From an uncultured bacterium (lineage in GTDB: Bacteria > Verrucomicrobiota > Verrucomicrobiia > Limisphaerales > UBA8199), in the NCBI GenBank assembly GCA_963749495.1, contig CAVVMW010000030.1:160001-224000 (forward strand): 64,000 bases of DNA. The letters run 5' to 3'. The position numbers and the translations under genes were made by a program. Each line of letters begins with the position of its first letter. The stretch's first letter is position 1. Positions 19,781 to 28,522 of the stretch are shown here, piece after piece. The notes beneath the pieces were generated by a model that saw only the letters and a program-made list of their open reading frames with translations, was not told where the DNA came from and searched no databases.

Positions 19781-19830
19781 CGTTGATTGCCAATAGTCCA
19801 TTCGGAACAACGGCAGGGGCCAGGCGTTAA
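19681..19830 (+). pseudogene. C-terminal remnant of a PIN/VapC toxin
   Basis: Startless frame NNYLVALAGQHRGNLATLDASLA matches the PIN C-terminal (D)xYLxALA...LATLD pattern. Confidence 0.65.
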
Positions 19831-20351
19831 CTCGTCGGGTCGGGCGATGAGGTGCGACCTTTAGCCTCTGTGCGCTCTCTTCCCGCCTCGAGCACTTCCA
19901 GGCAATGGGGGATGGCGGGGGCGACGAAGCCGAGGCACTCGACAGCGCCGCTGGGCTTGCCCGGCAGGCAGATGACCAGGACGCCCTGGAGGGCGACCGC
20001 CAGGCTGCGCGAGAGGATGGCATTGGGGGTGAGCTTGAGCGACTCGTTGCGCATGACCTCGCCGAAGCCCGGCAGGTCGCGGCCACCCAGTTCACGCACC
20101 GCCTCGGGCGTGATGTCGCGCGGCCCAACGCCGGTGCCGCCGGTCGTGAGGATGAGCCGGCACCCCCCCGCAGCCGCCTGCCGAATCGCGCGTTGGATCT
20201 CCAGCCGTTCGTCCGGCACCACCGCTTGGGCGGACACCCCCCAGCCATGGCCTTCCACCGCCCGCTTTAGGGCCGGCCCGGACAGGTCCTGGTAAACCCC
20301 GCGCGCCGCCCGGTCGGAAATGGTGATGATAGCTGTGGCGATGTGGGGCAT
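19827..20351 (-). CDS. mog: Molybdopterin adenylyltransferase (MogA/MoaB family)
   Basis: ITISDRA..YQDLSGP, LTTGGTGVGPRDITPEA, LPGFGEVMR, LPGKP. Confidence 0.9.
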   Translation of the reverse strand: MPHIATAIITISDRAARGVYQDLSGPALKRAVEGHGWGVSAQAVVPDERLEIQRAIRQAAAGGCRLILTTGGTGVGPRDITPEAVRELGGRDLPGFGEVMRNESLKLTPNAILSRSLAVALQGVLVICLPGKPSGAVECLGFVAPAIPHCLEVLEAGRERTEAKGRTSSPDPTS

Positions 20352-20353
20352 AG

Positions 20354-20541
20354 GAGGCTATTCACAATAACATGGACACTATCGCGCCGGGATTTTGACC
20401 GCTGGCGAGGCGCGAGCGAGGAGCATACCCGAAGCGGTCTGTAACGAGCGAGCAACGACCCGTCCGCCGTAGCTTTAGCGAAGGCGGAAGCCAGAGGTCA
20501 AAAGACCAAGCGAGAGTGTTCATGGTATTGTGAATGGCCTC
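20354..20541. mobile_element. 188-bp MITE-like element with a nested small REP
   Basis: TIR GAGGCTATTCACAATAACATGGACACT vs AGTGTTCATGGTATTGTGAATGGCCTC; inner TCCGCCGTAGCTTTAGCGAAGGCGGA; no TSD seen. Confidence 0.7.
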
Positions 20542-20547
20542 AAAAGC

Positions 20548-21000
20548 TCACTGCTTGGTCTTGGAGAGCAGTTTGATCCCGCCGATCTGCATGGTCTTGT
20601 CGATGGCCTTGCACATGTCGTAAATCGTGAGAGCGGCGATGCTGGCGGCGGTGAGGGCCTCCATCTCGACGCCGGTTTGGGCGGCGACACGGGCGGAGGC
20701 GAGGATGACGATGCGGTCGCGGGTCTTGGGGATTTGGAAATTGACTTCGCAATGGGTCAACGGCAGGGGGTGGCAGAGAGGGATGAGTTCACCGGTCTTC
20801 TTGGCGGCCATGATCCCGGCCAACCGGGCTGCGGCCAGGACATTGCCTTTGGCGATCGTCTGGGACTCGACCAGGTCCAATGTGGCCTTTTGGAGGCGGA
20901 CCTCGCCCCGCGCCACCGCCGTCCGCAACATCACCGGCTTGGCCGAGACATCCACCATGCTCGCCTCGCCGCCCGCATCAATATGAGTCAGCCGTTTCAT
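20548..21000 (-). CDS. moaC: Cyclic pyranopterin monophosphate synthase
   Basis: LTHID..MVDVSAK, LIPLCHP, TGVEMEAL, TIYDMCKA. Confidence 0.96.
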   Translation of the reverse strand: MKRLTHIDAGGEASMVDVSAKPVMLRTAVARGEVRLQKATLDLVESQTIAKGNVLAAARLAGIMAAKKTGELIPLCHPLPLTHCEVNFQIPKTRDRIVILASARVAAQTGVEMEALTAASIAALTIYDMCKAIDKTMQIGGIKLLSKTKQ

Positions 21001-21032
21001 ATCACACTCGATACGCTCCAGCCCTTTACGCA

Positions 21033-21109
21033 GGGTTCAGGGTTCGGGGTTCACGTTTCACGTTTCACGTTTCACGTTTCACGTTTCACGTTTCACGTTC
21101 CACGTTCCA
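21033..21109. repeat. Heptamer array (TTTCACG)n
   Basis: About 8 tandem units between panB and moaC. Confidence 0.9.
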
Positions 21110-21111
21110 TT

Positions 21112-21882
21112 TCAGCCCTTCGCAACCGTTTCCATCCATTGCTTGAAGACCGCGCGCATCTGCTCAGCGGCGTTGAGCTTGGGTTTGACGTGCTTGAGAT
21201 TGTACCAGGGGAGCATGCCGAGCAAATCCGGGGTCACGAGGATCTGCCCGTCGCAATCCGGCCCGGCGCCGAGGCCGAGGGTCGGGATGGGGACGCGCCG
21301 GGTCACCTCTTTGGCCGTGCGCGGCGCCACCAACTCGAGGACCACCGCAAAGGCCCCTGCCCGGACCAGCGCCTCCGCATCGGCCAGCAGGTCCTGGTGT
21401 TCGGGCTCGGTCTTGCCCTTGACGCGATAGCCGCCCTCCTCGACCACGTGCTGGGGGAGCATGCCCAGGTGGCCCAAAAAGGGGATGCCGCCGGCCACAA
21501 TCGCATGGACCTGCCCGGCTATCCCGCGCCCGCCCTCGGCCTTGACCGCCTCCGCCCCCGCCGCCACCAGGCGCCTGGCGTTGGCCACTGCCTCCTCCAC
21601 CGTCTCGTAGCTGCGATAGGGCAGGTCGGCCGCCAGCAACGCGCGGGGTTTGGCCCGCGCCGCTGCCCGCACATGGTGCTCCATCTCCGCCATCGTGACG
21701 TGCGTCGTGTCCGCGTAGCCCAGCACCACCATCCCCAGAGAATCCCCAACCAGGATCAGCGGAATCCCTGCCTCGTCCAGCAGCCGCGTCATCGGAAAAT
21801 CGTAAGCCGTCAGCGCGGCTATCTTCTCTCCGCGCGACTTCATGGCCCTAATGTCCTGGGGAGTGATTTTGGTCCCTGTCAT
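21112..21882 (-). CDS. panB: 3-methyl-2-oxobutanoate hydroxymethyltransferase
   Basis: LTAYD, LVGDSLGMVVLG, AVKAEGG, GHLGMLPQ, CDGQILV. Confidence 0.96.
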   Translation of the reverse strand: MTGTKITPQDIRAMKSRGEKIAALTAYDFPMTRLLDEAGIPLILVGDSLGMVVLGYADTTHVTMAEMEHHVRAAARAKPRALLAADLPYRSYETVEEAVANARRLVAAGAEAVKAEGGRGIAGQVHAIVAGGIPFLGHLGMLPQHVVEEGGYRVKGKTEPEHQDLLADAEALVRAGAFAVVLELVAPRTAKEVTRRVPIPTLGLGAGPDCDGQILVTPDLLGMLPWYNLKHVKPKLNAAEQMRAVFKQWMETVAKG

Positions 21883-21963
21883 GGCAACAACATTGCGAGG
21901 GGGGTCGAGCTGGACAAGTAAAAAGTGGGCCCTGGTAGTCGGTAGGCGGCCCGTTGACGAAGT

Positions 21964-22100
21964 CGTAGCGCAGGTTTCCAAACCTGCCGTATCGCCGATT
22001 TCCAATCGGCAGGGCGTCCGCATGTCCAGCGCCCCCGGTTTGCGGACGGCCTGCGGGTTTGGAAACCCGCGATACAGCAGGTTTGGAAACCTGCGCTACG
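21964..22100. repeat. REP-like hairpin, family E
   Basis: CGTAGCGCAGGTTTCCAAACCTGC...GCAGGTTTGGAAACCTGCGCTACG. Confidence 0.8.
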
Positions 22101-22247
22101 CTGGCGCCCCCGGCGCACAGGCGCGCCGAGCGACTTTGTCAATGGCCCAGATGATCCCGCCCAATCGGCCCTGGAATAACCTTGCTGCGTCGGGAGCGAG
22201 CCGCTAGCCTGCCGAGAGTCATGCGCTTAACAGGTGCTGTACCGGAA

Positions 22248-22264
22248 TTGGCATGGGGTGTGCA
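22248..22264 (+). promoter_or_regulatory. Candidate sigma54 -24/-12 promoter
   Basis: TTGGCATGGGGTGTGCA has GG-N10-GC spacing. Confidence 0.35.
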
Positions 22265-22307
22265 AGATTGGGTGACCGACCGCGTGAAGATTTTTGAAAG
22301 AATCTGG

Positions 22308-22355
22308 TTGACAACAATGGCGCGCTCATGTAAATACAATGTAAAGACATTGCAT
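22308..22355 (+). promoter_or_regulatory. Candidate sigma70 promoter with overlapping operator palindrome
   Basis: TTGACA followed by AT-rich TAAATACAAT; inverted repeat CAATGT-AAAG-ACATTG. Confidence 0.45.
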
Positions 22356-22382
22356 GGGCGATACATATACAATTGAACGAAT

Positions 22383-22670
22383 ATGGAGTTCGATTGGCTT
22401 AACCCGCCCTTCAATCTCGAAGGTTCTTTGACGCAGCACGAAATCGAGGAATCGTTTGAAGACCCGTTTGCCATTCGATTGTTGCCTGATTCTCCCCGGT
22501 TCGCGGTCCAGGCCCGGTTCTTCAACCTGGGGATGTCCACCAATGGGGTGGGCATCTTCAGCGTCTATCGGACCAATGGCAAACAGATCCGGGTCATTCA
22601 CGCCCGGGCGTTTGATGCCGAGGAGCGGTTCTTCTATCAGAAGAAGCTGGACCAGATGCTGGCCCGCTAG
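22383..22670 (+). CDS. BrnT-family (DUF497-like) toxin
   Basis: MEFDW, EIEESFEDP, IRVIHAR..EERFFY. Confidence 0.8.
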   Translation: MEFDWLNPPFNLEGSLTQHEIEESFEDPFAIRLLPDSPRFAVQARFFNLGMSTNGVGIFSVYRTNGKQIRVIHARAFDAEERFFYQKKLDQMLAR

Positions 22671-22672
22671 AG

Positions 22673-22733
22673 CGGAGGGCGGAGGGCGGAGGGCGGAATG
22701 ACGAATGACGAATGACGAATGACGAATGACGAA
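22673..22733. repeat. Heptamer arrays (GGAGGGC)3 + (ATGACGA)5
   Basis: Direct reading. Confidence 0.9.
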
Positions 22734-22811
22734 AGCGGAGGGCAGAGGGGGCTGCACGTACGATTTGCTTGATTGTTGCCGGTCGTTTAACGCGTTCAAT
22801 GGTTCCAGCCA

Positions 22812-23087
22812 GTGCACTCGATAGCCAGATGGGAAGAGGTGCCGATCTTCGACAGCGAAGAGGCGGAGGCGGATTTTTGGGCGGAGAACAAGCCCGATTT
22901 GCGCCTGATGGAGACGGCGGTGGCCGGCAGTGCGGAGACGTTCGAGTCAGTGACCATCACGTTGCGGATGGACCCGCGGATGCTGGGCCGGATCAAGCGG
23001 TTGGCCCGTTCGAGGTATCTGAACTACCAGAGCATGATAAAACAATGGCTGAGCGAACGGATGGAAGATGAATTGCGGGAGCGGTGA
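22812..23087 (+). CDS. BrnA/CopG-family antitoxin (GTG start, or ATG 22799 with an indel)
   Basis: VPIFDSEEAEADFW; RHH TITLRMD...NYQSMIKQWL. Confidence 0.82.
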   Translation: MHSIARWEEVPIFDSEEAEADFWAENKPDLRLMETAVAGSAETFESVTITLRMDPRMLGRIKRLARSRYLNYQSMIKQWLSERMEDELRER

Positions 23088-23096
23088 GGGGCGGGG

Positions 23097-23286
23097 GAAT
23101 GACGAATGACGAAAGCGCCATGCGGGAACGCGGAACCTGGAATGAAGATGTCGAGACTTGGATTTATGAACTTGGACAACATGAGAGAGTCAGGCTGGGA
23201 CTGCGCTAAGCTTTTGGGTCCGCCAGGGCAGGAGGACGCCCCCGGCCAATTCCGAATTCGTCATTCGTCATTCGTCATTCGTCATT
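23097..23286 (+). repeat. Pilin-leader element copy 1: (ATGACGA)2 - core - (ATTCGTC)4
   Basis: Core GCGGAACCTGGAATGAAGA...TATGAACTTGGACAACAT...GTCAGGCT...TGGGTCCGCC shared with copies 2 and 3. Confidence 0.9.
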
Positions 23287-24026
23287 TCGCGCCCCGCGCG
23301 TTTACGCTCATCGAGATGCTCACCGTGATTGCAGTGATCAGCGTGCTGGCGGCGATGATCTTCCCGGTCACCAAGGCCATCAACCGCACCAAGATCCGGA
23401 GCCGGTTGCGAACGGAGATGGAGCAGTTGACCACCGCGATCGACCTCTATAAAGCCAAACTCGGGCATTATCCGCCGGACAATCACTTCCAGAACAGCGT
23501 TTTCTTCAATCCCTACCTCAACCAGCTCTACTACGAATTGGCAGGGACAATCCTGACCAATAACCCTCCAAATTCTGCCAACGCCGTTTATGCCACGATG
23601 GACGGTCGAAGCCAGCTTCACCAGGCGGCGATGACGAGACCGCCTCTGAACCTCGGTGTCTCCGGGTTTGCGAATTCTTCGACTCCCGCCAGCGCGGAGG
23701 AAGGCTCGACGGCGGTGGATTGCCTGAAGGGGACGTTGCGAGCAGACCAGCTCGCCGACGCGTTCCCCGGCGCCGACGCGGGCAATGGCTTCAAAGTCAT
23801 CGTCGGCTCGATTCCGCTGCCGCCCCGCCTGGCGCCCCCCAATCCTGCCTACCCGGGCGCCTATCTTGGCCCTGCTGGCGGGTATTATTGCGCCTGGCGG
23901 TACAATTCCTCCAACCCAACCTATAACCCGAGCGCCTACGACCTCTGGATTAACGTCGTCATCGATGGGAGGACCAATCGCATTTGCAACTGGAGCCGCG
24001 ACCCGGTGGTCGTCAACGCCCCATAG
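23166..24026 (+). CDS. Type IV pilin/GspG-like pseudopilin
   Basis: RA|FTLIEMLTVIAVISVLAAMIFP; AIDLYKAKLGHYP; YDLW. Confidence 0.9.
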   Translation: MNLDNMRESGWDCAKLLGPPGQEDAPGQFRIRHSSFVIRHFAPRAFTLIEMLTVIAVISVLAAMIFPVTKAINRTKIRSRLRTEMEQLTTAIDLYKAKLGHYPPDNHFQNSVFFNPYLNQLYYELAGTILTNNPPNSANAVYATMDGRSQLHQAAMTRPPLNLGVSGFANSSTPASAEEGSTAVDCLKGTLRADQLADAFPGADAGNGFKVIVGSIPLPPRLAPPNPAYPGAYLGPAGGYYCAWRYNSSNPTYNPSAYDLWINVVIDGRTNRICNWSRDPVVVNAP

Positions 24027-24159
24027 CACAACCGCCATAGGCGTCCTTATGAAGCCATATAACCCAAACCTGATCCCGATCGCCTGGCGGAACTGCACCT
24101 GGTGCCCAATGGTCCGAGTCCTGCCGTGCCCCGAACACTCCCGTCCGTCCTCCCAACCT

Positions 24160-25050
24160 ATGAAAAACAGCCTCTTTTGCTCTTCCTGCCCGATTTCCAC
24201 CGGGCGACAACTGACGAACGGCGGGTCGCGGAGCGCGCCGCGCACCCCGCGCGCCCAGGGCCGGTCCCGCCGCGGGTTCACGCTGATCGAACTCCTGGTG
24301 GTCATTGCCATTATCGGCATCCTGGCGGCGTTTCTCATGCCCGCCCTGGCGAGGGCCAAGGTCTCGGCGCAAAAGCAGAAGGCCAGGATCGAGATGGCCG
24401 AGATTGTGCAGGCGGTCAACAGCTACGAATCGGCCTACAGCCGCCTGCCGGTCTCGACCAAAGTCCTCCAGGACAAGGGAGCCGCTACGGAGGACTTCAC
24501 TTACGGCACCTTTGGCTTGCCGGCGAACCCCAAGAACCAGATTTTCGATATGGCCACCGGCGCCGCCGCCGCCGCCAGCATTACCTCGCTCGGCTATAGC
24601 TACCAGACGAACAATTCCGAGGTCATCGCCATTCTCATGGACAAGGAGATGTTCCCCAACGGCACGCCGACCGTCAACGCGGGCCATGTGAAGAACCCGC
24701 AGAAGACCTCGTTCCTGAACGCGGCGATGGGCAGCGACCAGGTCACACCGGGCGTCGGCTCGGACCTGGTCTATCGCGACCCGTGGGGGTGCCCATACAT
24801 CATGTCGTTCGACATAAACAATGACGACAAGACTCGAGATGCCGTCTATCGCAGGGCCCTCGTTTCGTCGCAGAACCAAAGCCCAACGGTTGGTTGGTGG
24901 GGGTTGGCCAATTCCCAGGGCAAAGGCGATTTCTTCGAGCTCAGCGGCCATGTGATGGTCTGGTCCGCCGGCCCGGACAGGAAGATCCACAGCGGGCTGC
25001 CCGCAAACGTGGGCGTCAATAAAGACAATATCCTGAGCTGGAGGCCGTAG
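24160..25050 (+). CDS. Type IV pilin/GspG-like pseudopilin
   Basis: RG|FTLIELLVVIAIIGILAA; DPWGCPY; VWSAGPD. Confidence 0.92.
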   Translation: MKNSLFCSSCPISTGRQLTNGGSRSAPRTPRAQGRSRRGFTLIELLVVIAIIGILAAFLMPALARAKVSAQKQKARIEMAEIVQAVNSYESAYSRLPVSTKVLQDKGAATEDFTYGTFGLPANPKNQIFDMATGAAAAASITSLGYSYQTNNSEVIAILMDKEMFPNGTPTVNAGHVKNPQKTSFLNAAMGSDQVTPGVGSDLVYRDPWGCPYIMSFDINNDDKTRDAVYRRALVSSQNQSPTVGWWGLANSQGKGDFFELSGHVMVWSAGPDRKIHSGLPANVGVNKDNILSWRP

Positions 25051-25059
25051 CAACGACAA

Positions 25060-25393
25060 ATGACGAATGACGAATGACGAATGACGAATGACGAATGACG
25101 AATGACGAATGACGAATGACGATGCGGTAATGCGGAACCTGAAATGAAGAATTTGAGACTCTGATCTATGAACTTGGACAACATGAAACAGTCAGGCTCG
25201 GGCTGCGGCATGCGCTTGGGTCCGCCCTCACGGGAGCACGCGCCGGACGCCCTCCCCATTCGTCATTCGTCATTCGTCATTCGTCATTTGCCATTCCGCA
25301 TTCGTCATTCGTCATTCGTCATTCGTCATTTGCCATCCCGCATTCGTCATTCGTCATTCGTCATTCGTCATTTGCCCCTCCGCATTCGTCATT
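25060..25393 (+). repeat. Pilin-leader element copy 2: (ATGACGA)9 - core - three 42-bp blocks
   Basis: Direct reading. Confidence 0.9.
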
Positions 25394-26244
25394 TCGCGCT
25401 TCGCGCGTTCACTCTCATCGAGATGCTGACGGTGATCGCGATCATCGGCATCCTGGCGGCGATCATTGGCCCCAGCCTCGGGCATTTCAAGCCCGACATC
25501 ACCGCAGCGGCCACGCAGCAATTGCTGGGGGACATCGGCCGGGCCCGCCAACTGGCGATCAGCCAGCACACGACCGTCTATATGGTCTTCGTGCCGCCGG
25601 GCTTTATGCAGGACACGGCCTGCAGCAGCCTGTGGAACTCTCAGGTGACCCGCCCGGAGTGGGCCAAGTGCCTGCCGCTGCTGGACAAGCAGTTGACCGG
25701 CTACAATTTCGTCTCGCTCCGCAGCGTGGGCGATCAGCCCGGCCAGCACAACGCCCGCTACTGGTCTTCGTGGAAGACCCTGCCCGAGGGCGTCTTCATC
25801 TGCACCAATAAATTCAAATTCGACCCCACCAGCCCCACCAACCAGTTCTTCTTCGCCATCTACACGAACACACCGGGCGCGGTGAACAGCATCGCCCAAT
25901 ACATGACCGTCGCTGCGTTCAACCGCACGATAGCCATCCCCTTTCCCAGCGAGCTGACGCCGGCGCTGGGGCAGCGCTGGGCAAGGCTGCCCTACATCGC
26001 CTTCAATTACCTGGGCCAGCTCGTGGATGACTCGGGAAACCTGCGGTCTCTTGACGAGGCCATTCCCCTGGCCAAGGGCAGCGTGGTGTATCCGCACGAT
26101 GCGGCCACGCGGACGAACAACCCGGCCGGTCTGCCCAGCGCCATCGAGGCGCCCGCCGGCAACAGCACGACCAACAGCTTCAACCTGGTCTGCATCGATA
26201 GGCTCACCGGGCGCACGTATGTCAGACGCCAAGACGTGAAGTGA
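25168..26244 (+). CDS. Minor pilin, GspH/FimT-like (Verru_Chthon cassette D-like)
   Basis: RA|FTLIEMLTVIAIIGILAA; ARQLAISQHTTVYMVF; C-terminal IDRLTGR. Confidence 0.85.
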   Translation: MNLDNMKQSGSGCGMRLGPPSREHAPDALPIRHSSFVIRHLPFRIRHSSFVIRHLPSRIRHSSFVIRHLPLRIRHFALRAFTLIEMLTVIAIIGILAAIIGPSLGHFKPDITAAATQQLLGDIGRARQLAISQHTTVYMVFVPPGFMQDTACSSLWNSQVTRPEWAKCLPLLDKQLTGYNFVSLRSVGDQPGQHNARYWSSWKTLPEGVFICTNKFKFDPTSPTNQFFFAIYTNTPGAVNSIAQYMTVAAFNRTIAIPFPSELTPALGQRWARLPYIAFNYLGQLVDDSGNLRSLDEAIPLAKGSVVYPHDAATRTNNPAGLPSAIEAPAGNSTTNSFNLVCIDRLTGRTYVRRQDVK

Positions 26245-26247
26245 GGG

Positions 26248-26514
26248 GAATGACGAATGACGAATGACGAATGACGAATGACGAATGACGAATGAGGAAA
26301 GCGGAATGCGGTGATGCGGAACCTGGAATGAAGAATTTGAAACTCTGATCTATGAACTTGGACAACATCAGGCAGTCAGGCTCGGACTGCGGCATGCGCT
26401 TGGGTCCGCCCTCCTGGGCGCGCGCTCCCGGCAACTTCCGCATTCGTCATTCGTCATTCGTCATTCGTCATTTGCCACCCCGCATTCGTCATTCGTCATT
26501 CGTCATTCGTCATT
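26248..26514 (+). repeat. Pilin-leader element copy 3: (ATGACGA)6 - core - two blocks
   Basis: Direct reading. Confidence 0.9.
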
Positions 26515-27456
26515 CGCCCCCGCGTGCCTGCCGGGCATTTACCATGATCGAGATCGCCCTGAGCCTGGGGATCATTGCGTTTGCGCTGGTGGCCATCATT
26601 GGCATCCTGCCCTACAGCATGGGGGTGCAGCGGGAGAACCGCGAGGGGACCATCATCAACCAGGAGGCCAGCATTCTGGAGAACGCCATCCGCAACGGAG
26701 CGCAGGGCATGGACGACCTCACCAACTATGTTGTGGCGATCACCAATACGCAAACGGTGTTTCCCGCCATCGGCAAACCCACCACCACGGTCTTTGGTTA
26801 CACCCAGACCAGTTCCACCTCCGGCCCGTCGCCGCAATCGCAGCAGCCGATGAGCCCGCCGTTCCTCCTCAACAATGGCTTCCGCATCGTTGGCCTGCTG
26901 AGCACGCCCAAATACTGGCCCATCTTCGTGCAGACCAAGCAAGGCCAGCAATTCCTTGGCTCTTACAGCAACCATATCGTGGCAACCGTCCGGTCCATGA
27001 GCGGCTCCGCGGGCGACAAGGCGCCCCAGCTCAATGCGTCAGTCCTGGACATGGCCTTTGCCTACCGGGTGATCTGCGAGGTGATCCCCTACGGCGCGCA
27101 CTTCTGGGCGCCCGACAGTCCCTACGAGAGCAGCGCCTGGGACCTCTCCTGGACCAACTACCTGGATCCCTACCTGCGCGGCGACCATGGCACGCAGGTA
27201 CGGGGCGATCGCCGCCCTATTCATGAACTTCAGGACGGCCACCAACCTGCAAGCCGACCTCAATGATGTGCGTCTGCTGTTCCGCTGGCCGGCCTTGCCC
27301 AACGGCAAACTCGGCAACGGGCGGCTGCTGGTCCGCAGTGCCACCTCGGGACCGCTCCAGCCGTTCGTCGAACCGGGTTTCGCCGCTGTCCCATCGCAGC
27401 CCCAGCCTTACACCCTCTATTTCGTCCAACCCAATACCTTTGTGAGGGCGCAGTGA
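26352..27456 (+). CDS. Minor pilin, PilV/GspI-like (Verru_Chthon B-like), frameshifted at ~27180
   Basis: RA|FTMIEIALSLGIIAFALVAIIGILP; second frame VRLLFRWP ends in a GTGA overlap with the next gene. Confidence 0.82.
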
Positions 27457-28514
27457 AAACGATCATTCGTCATTCGTCATTCGTCATTCGTCATTCCGCG
27501 CAGCGGGCCTTCTCTCTGGTCGAGATCCTGGTCACGGTGGCGCTGCTGTCGTTCATCGTGCTGGGTTTGGTGGCGATGTTCGGGCAGACGCAGCGGGCGT
27601 TTCGGCAGAGCTTGACGGACGTGGACACGCTGGAGAACGGGCGGGCGGTGATGGACATGCTGGCCCGCGGCGTGGCGGAGGCCACGCCCGCCAATGTATT
27701 CAACGCGGTGAACTTCTACGTCGAGTACCCGGTGCCCGCCGAAGGGATCTACACGCCGCTCCTGGTGCAGGGCCTGCCCGGCGCGATTCCTCCCACGGCG
27801 CCCCAGACCCGCACGAGCTACCTCCAGCCGTTCTTCTTCCTGAGCCACCCCGACCAGCGGTGGCCCGACCGGACGTGGGTCGGGACGGGGTATTATGTGG
27901 TGCCGGATGTGACCGGCGCGAACGGCGTGGGCGTGGGCACCCTTTACCGCTACACGGCCACCAACCTGGCCCCGTCGGTGACCGCTCCCCCGCTTGGCAA
28001 CGTCCTGCCGCCGGGTGTTCTGCTCAATTCCTTCGTGACCGCGCTCATGACCCGGCGGACCGATACTTCGCCCGCGTTTCAGGCCGCGCCGATTTCGACG
28101 GTGACGCGCGTGGCGGACGGTATCGTGAGTTTGCGCGTTCGGTTGTTCGCCACTAACGGTTTCCCCATTGTGAGCGACCTCGATCCCCAACTCTACGGTT
28201 ACACCGCGTTCGGGGTCCCCACCAACACCGGGGCTGCCCTGCTGAGGTATGCGCGGCCCATCCTGGAAGCGAGTAATCACCTGAACCTGGCTTTCCCGGA
28301 ACGCTATGATCGGTGCTGGTTCCTCAGCAATGCCATGCCCGCCAGCGTGGAACTGGAGTTGGGCATTCTCGAGCCCCAGACCTATCAGCGCTACAGGGCC
28401 ATCGCCTCGGCCAACCCGGCCGCCGCCGGCCTGTTCCTGTCCAACCACGTTGCCCAGGTCCACCTCTTCCGCCAGCGCGTTCCCATCCCCAACGTTGATC
28501 CCTCCGCTTACTGA
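27453..28514 (+). CDS. Minor pilin, PilW/GspJ-like (Verru_Chthon C-like)
   Basis: RA|FSLVEILVTVALLSFIVL; MPASVELELGIL. Confidence 0.85.
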   Translation: MKTIIRHSSFVIRHSAQRAFSLVEILVTVALLSFIVLGLVAMFGQTQRAFRQSLTDVDTLENGRAVMDMLARGVAEATPANVFNAVNFYVEYPVPAEGIYTPLLVQGLPGAIPPTAPQTRTSYLQPFFFLSHPDQRWPDRTWVGTGYYVVPDVTGANGVGVGTLYRYTATNLAPSVTAPPLGNVLPPGVLLNSFVTALMTRRTDTSPAFQAAPISTVTRVADGIVSLRVRLFATNGFPIVSDLDPQLYGYTAFGVPTNTGAALLRYARPILEASNHLNLAFPERYDRCWFLSNAMPASVELELGILEPQTYQRYRAIASANPAAAGLFLSNHVAQVHLFRQRVPIPNVDPSAY

Positions 28515-28522
28515 TTGATCCG

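Noticed and set aside
23097..26514. Diversity-generating retroelement or shufflon acting on pilins
   Set aside because: No reverse transcriptase or invertase nearby; differences between copies are not adenine-specific and lie in leaders, not C-termini
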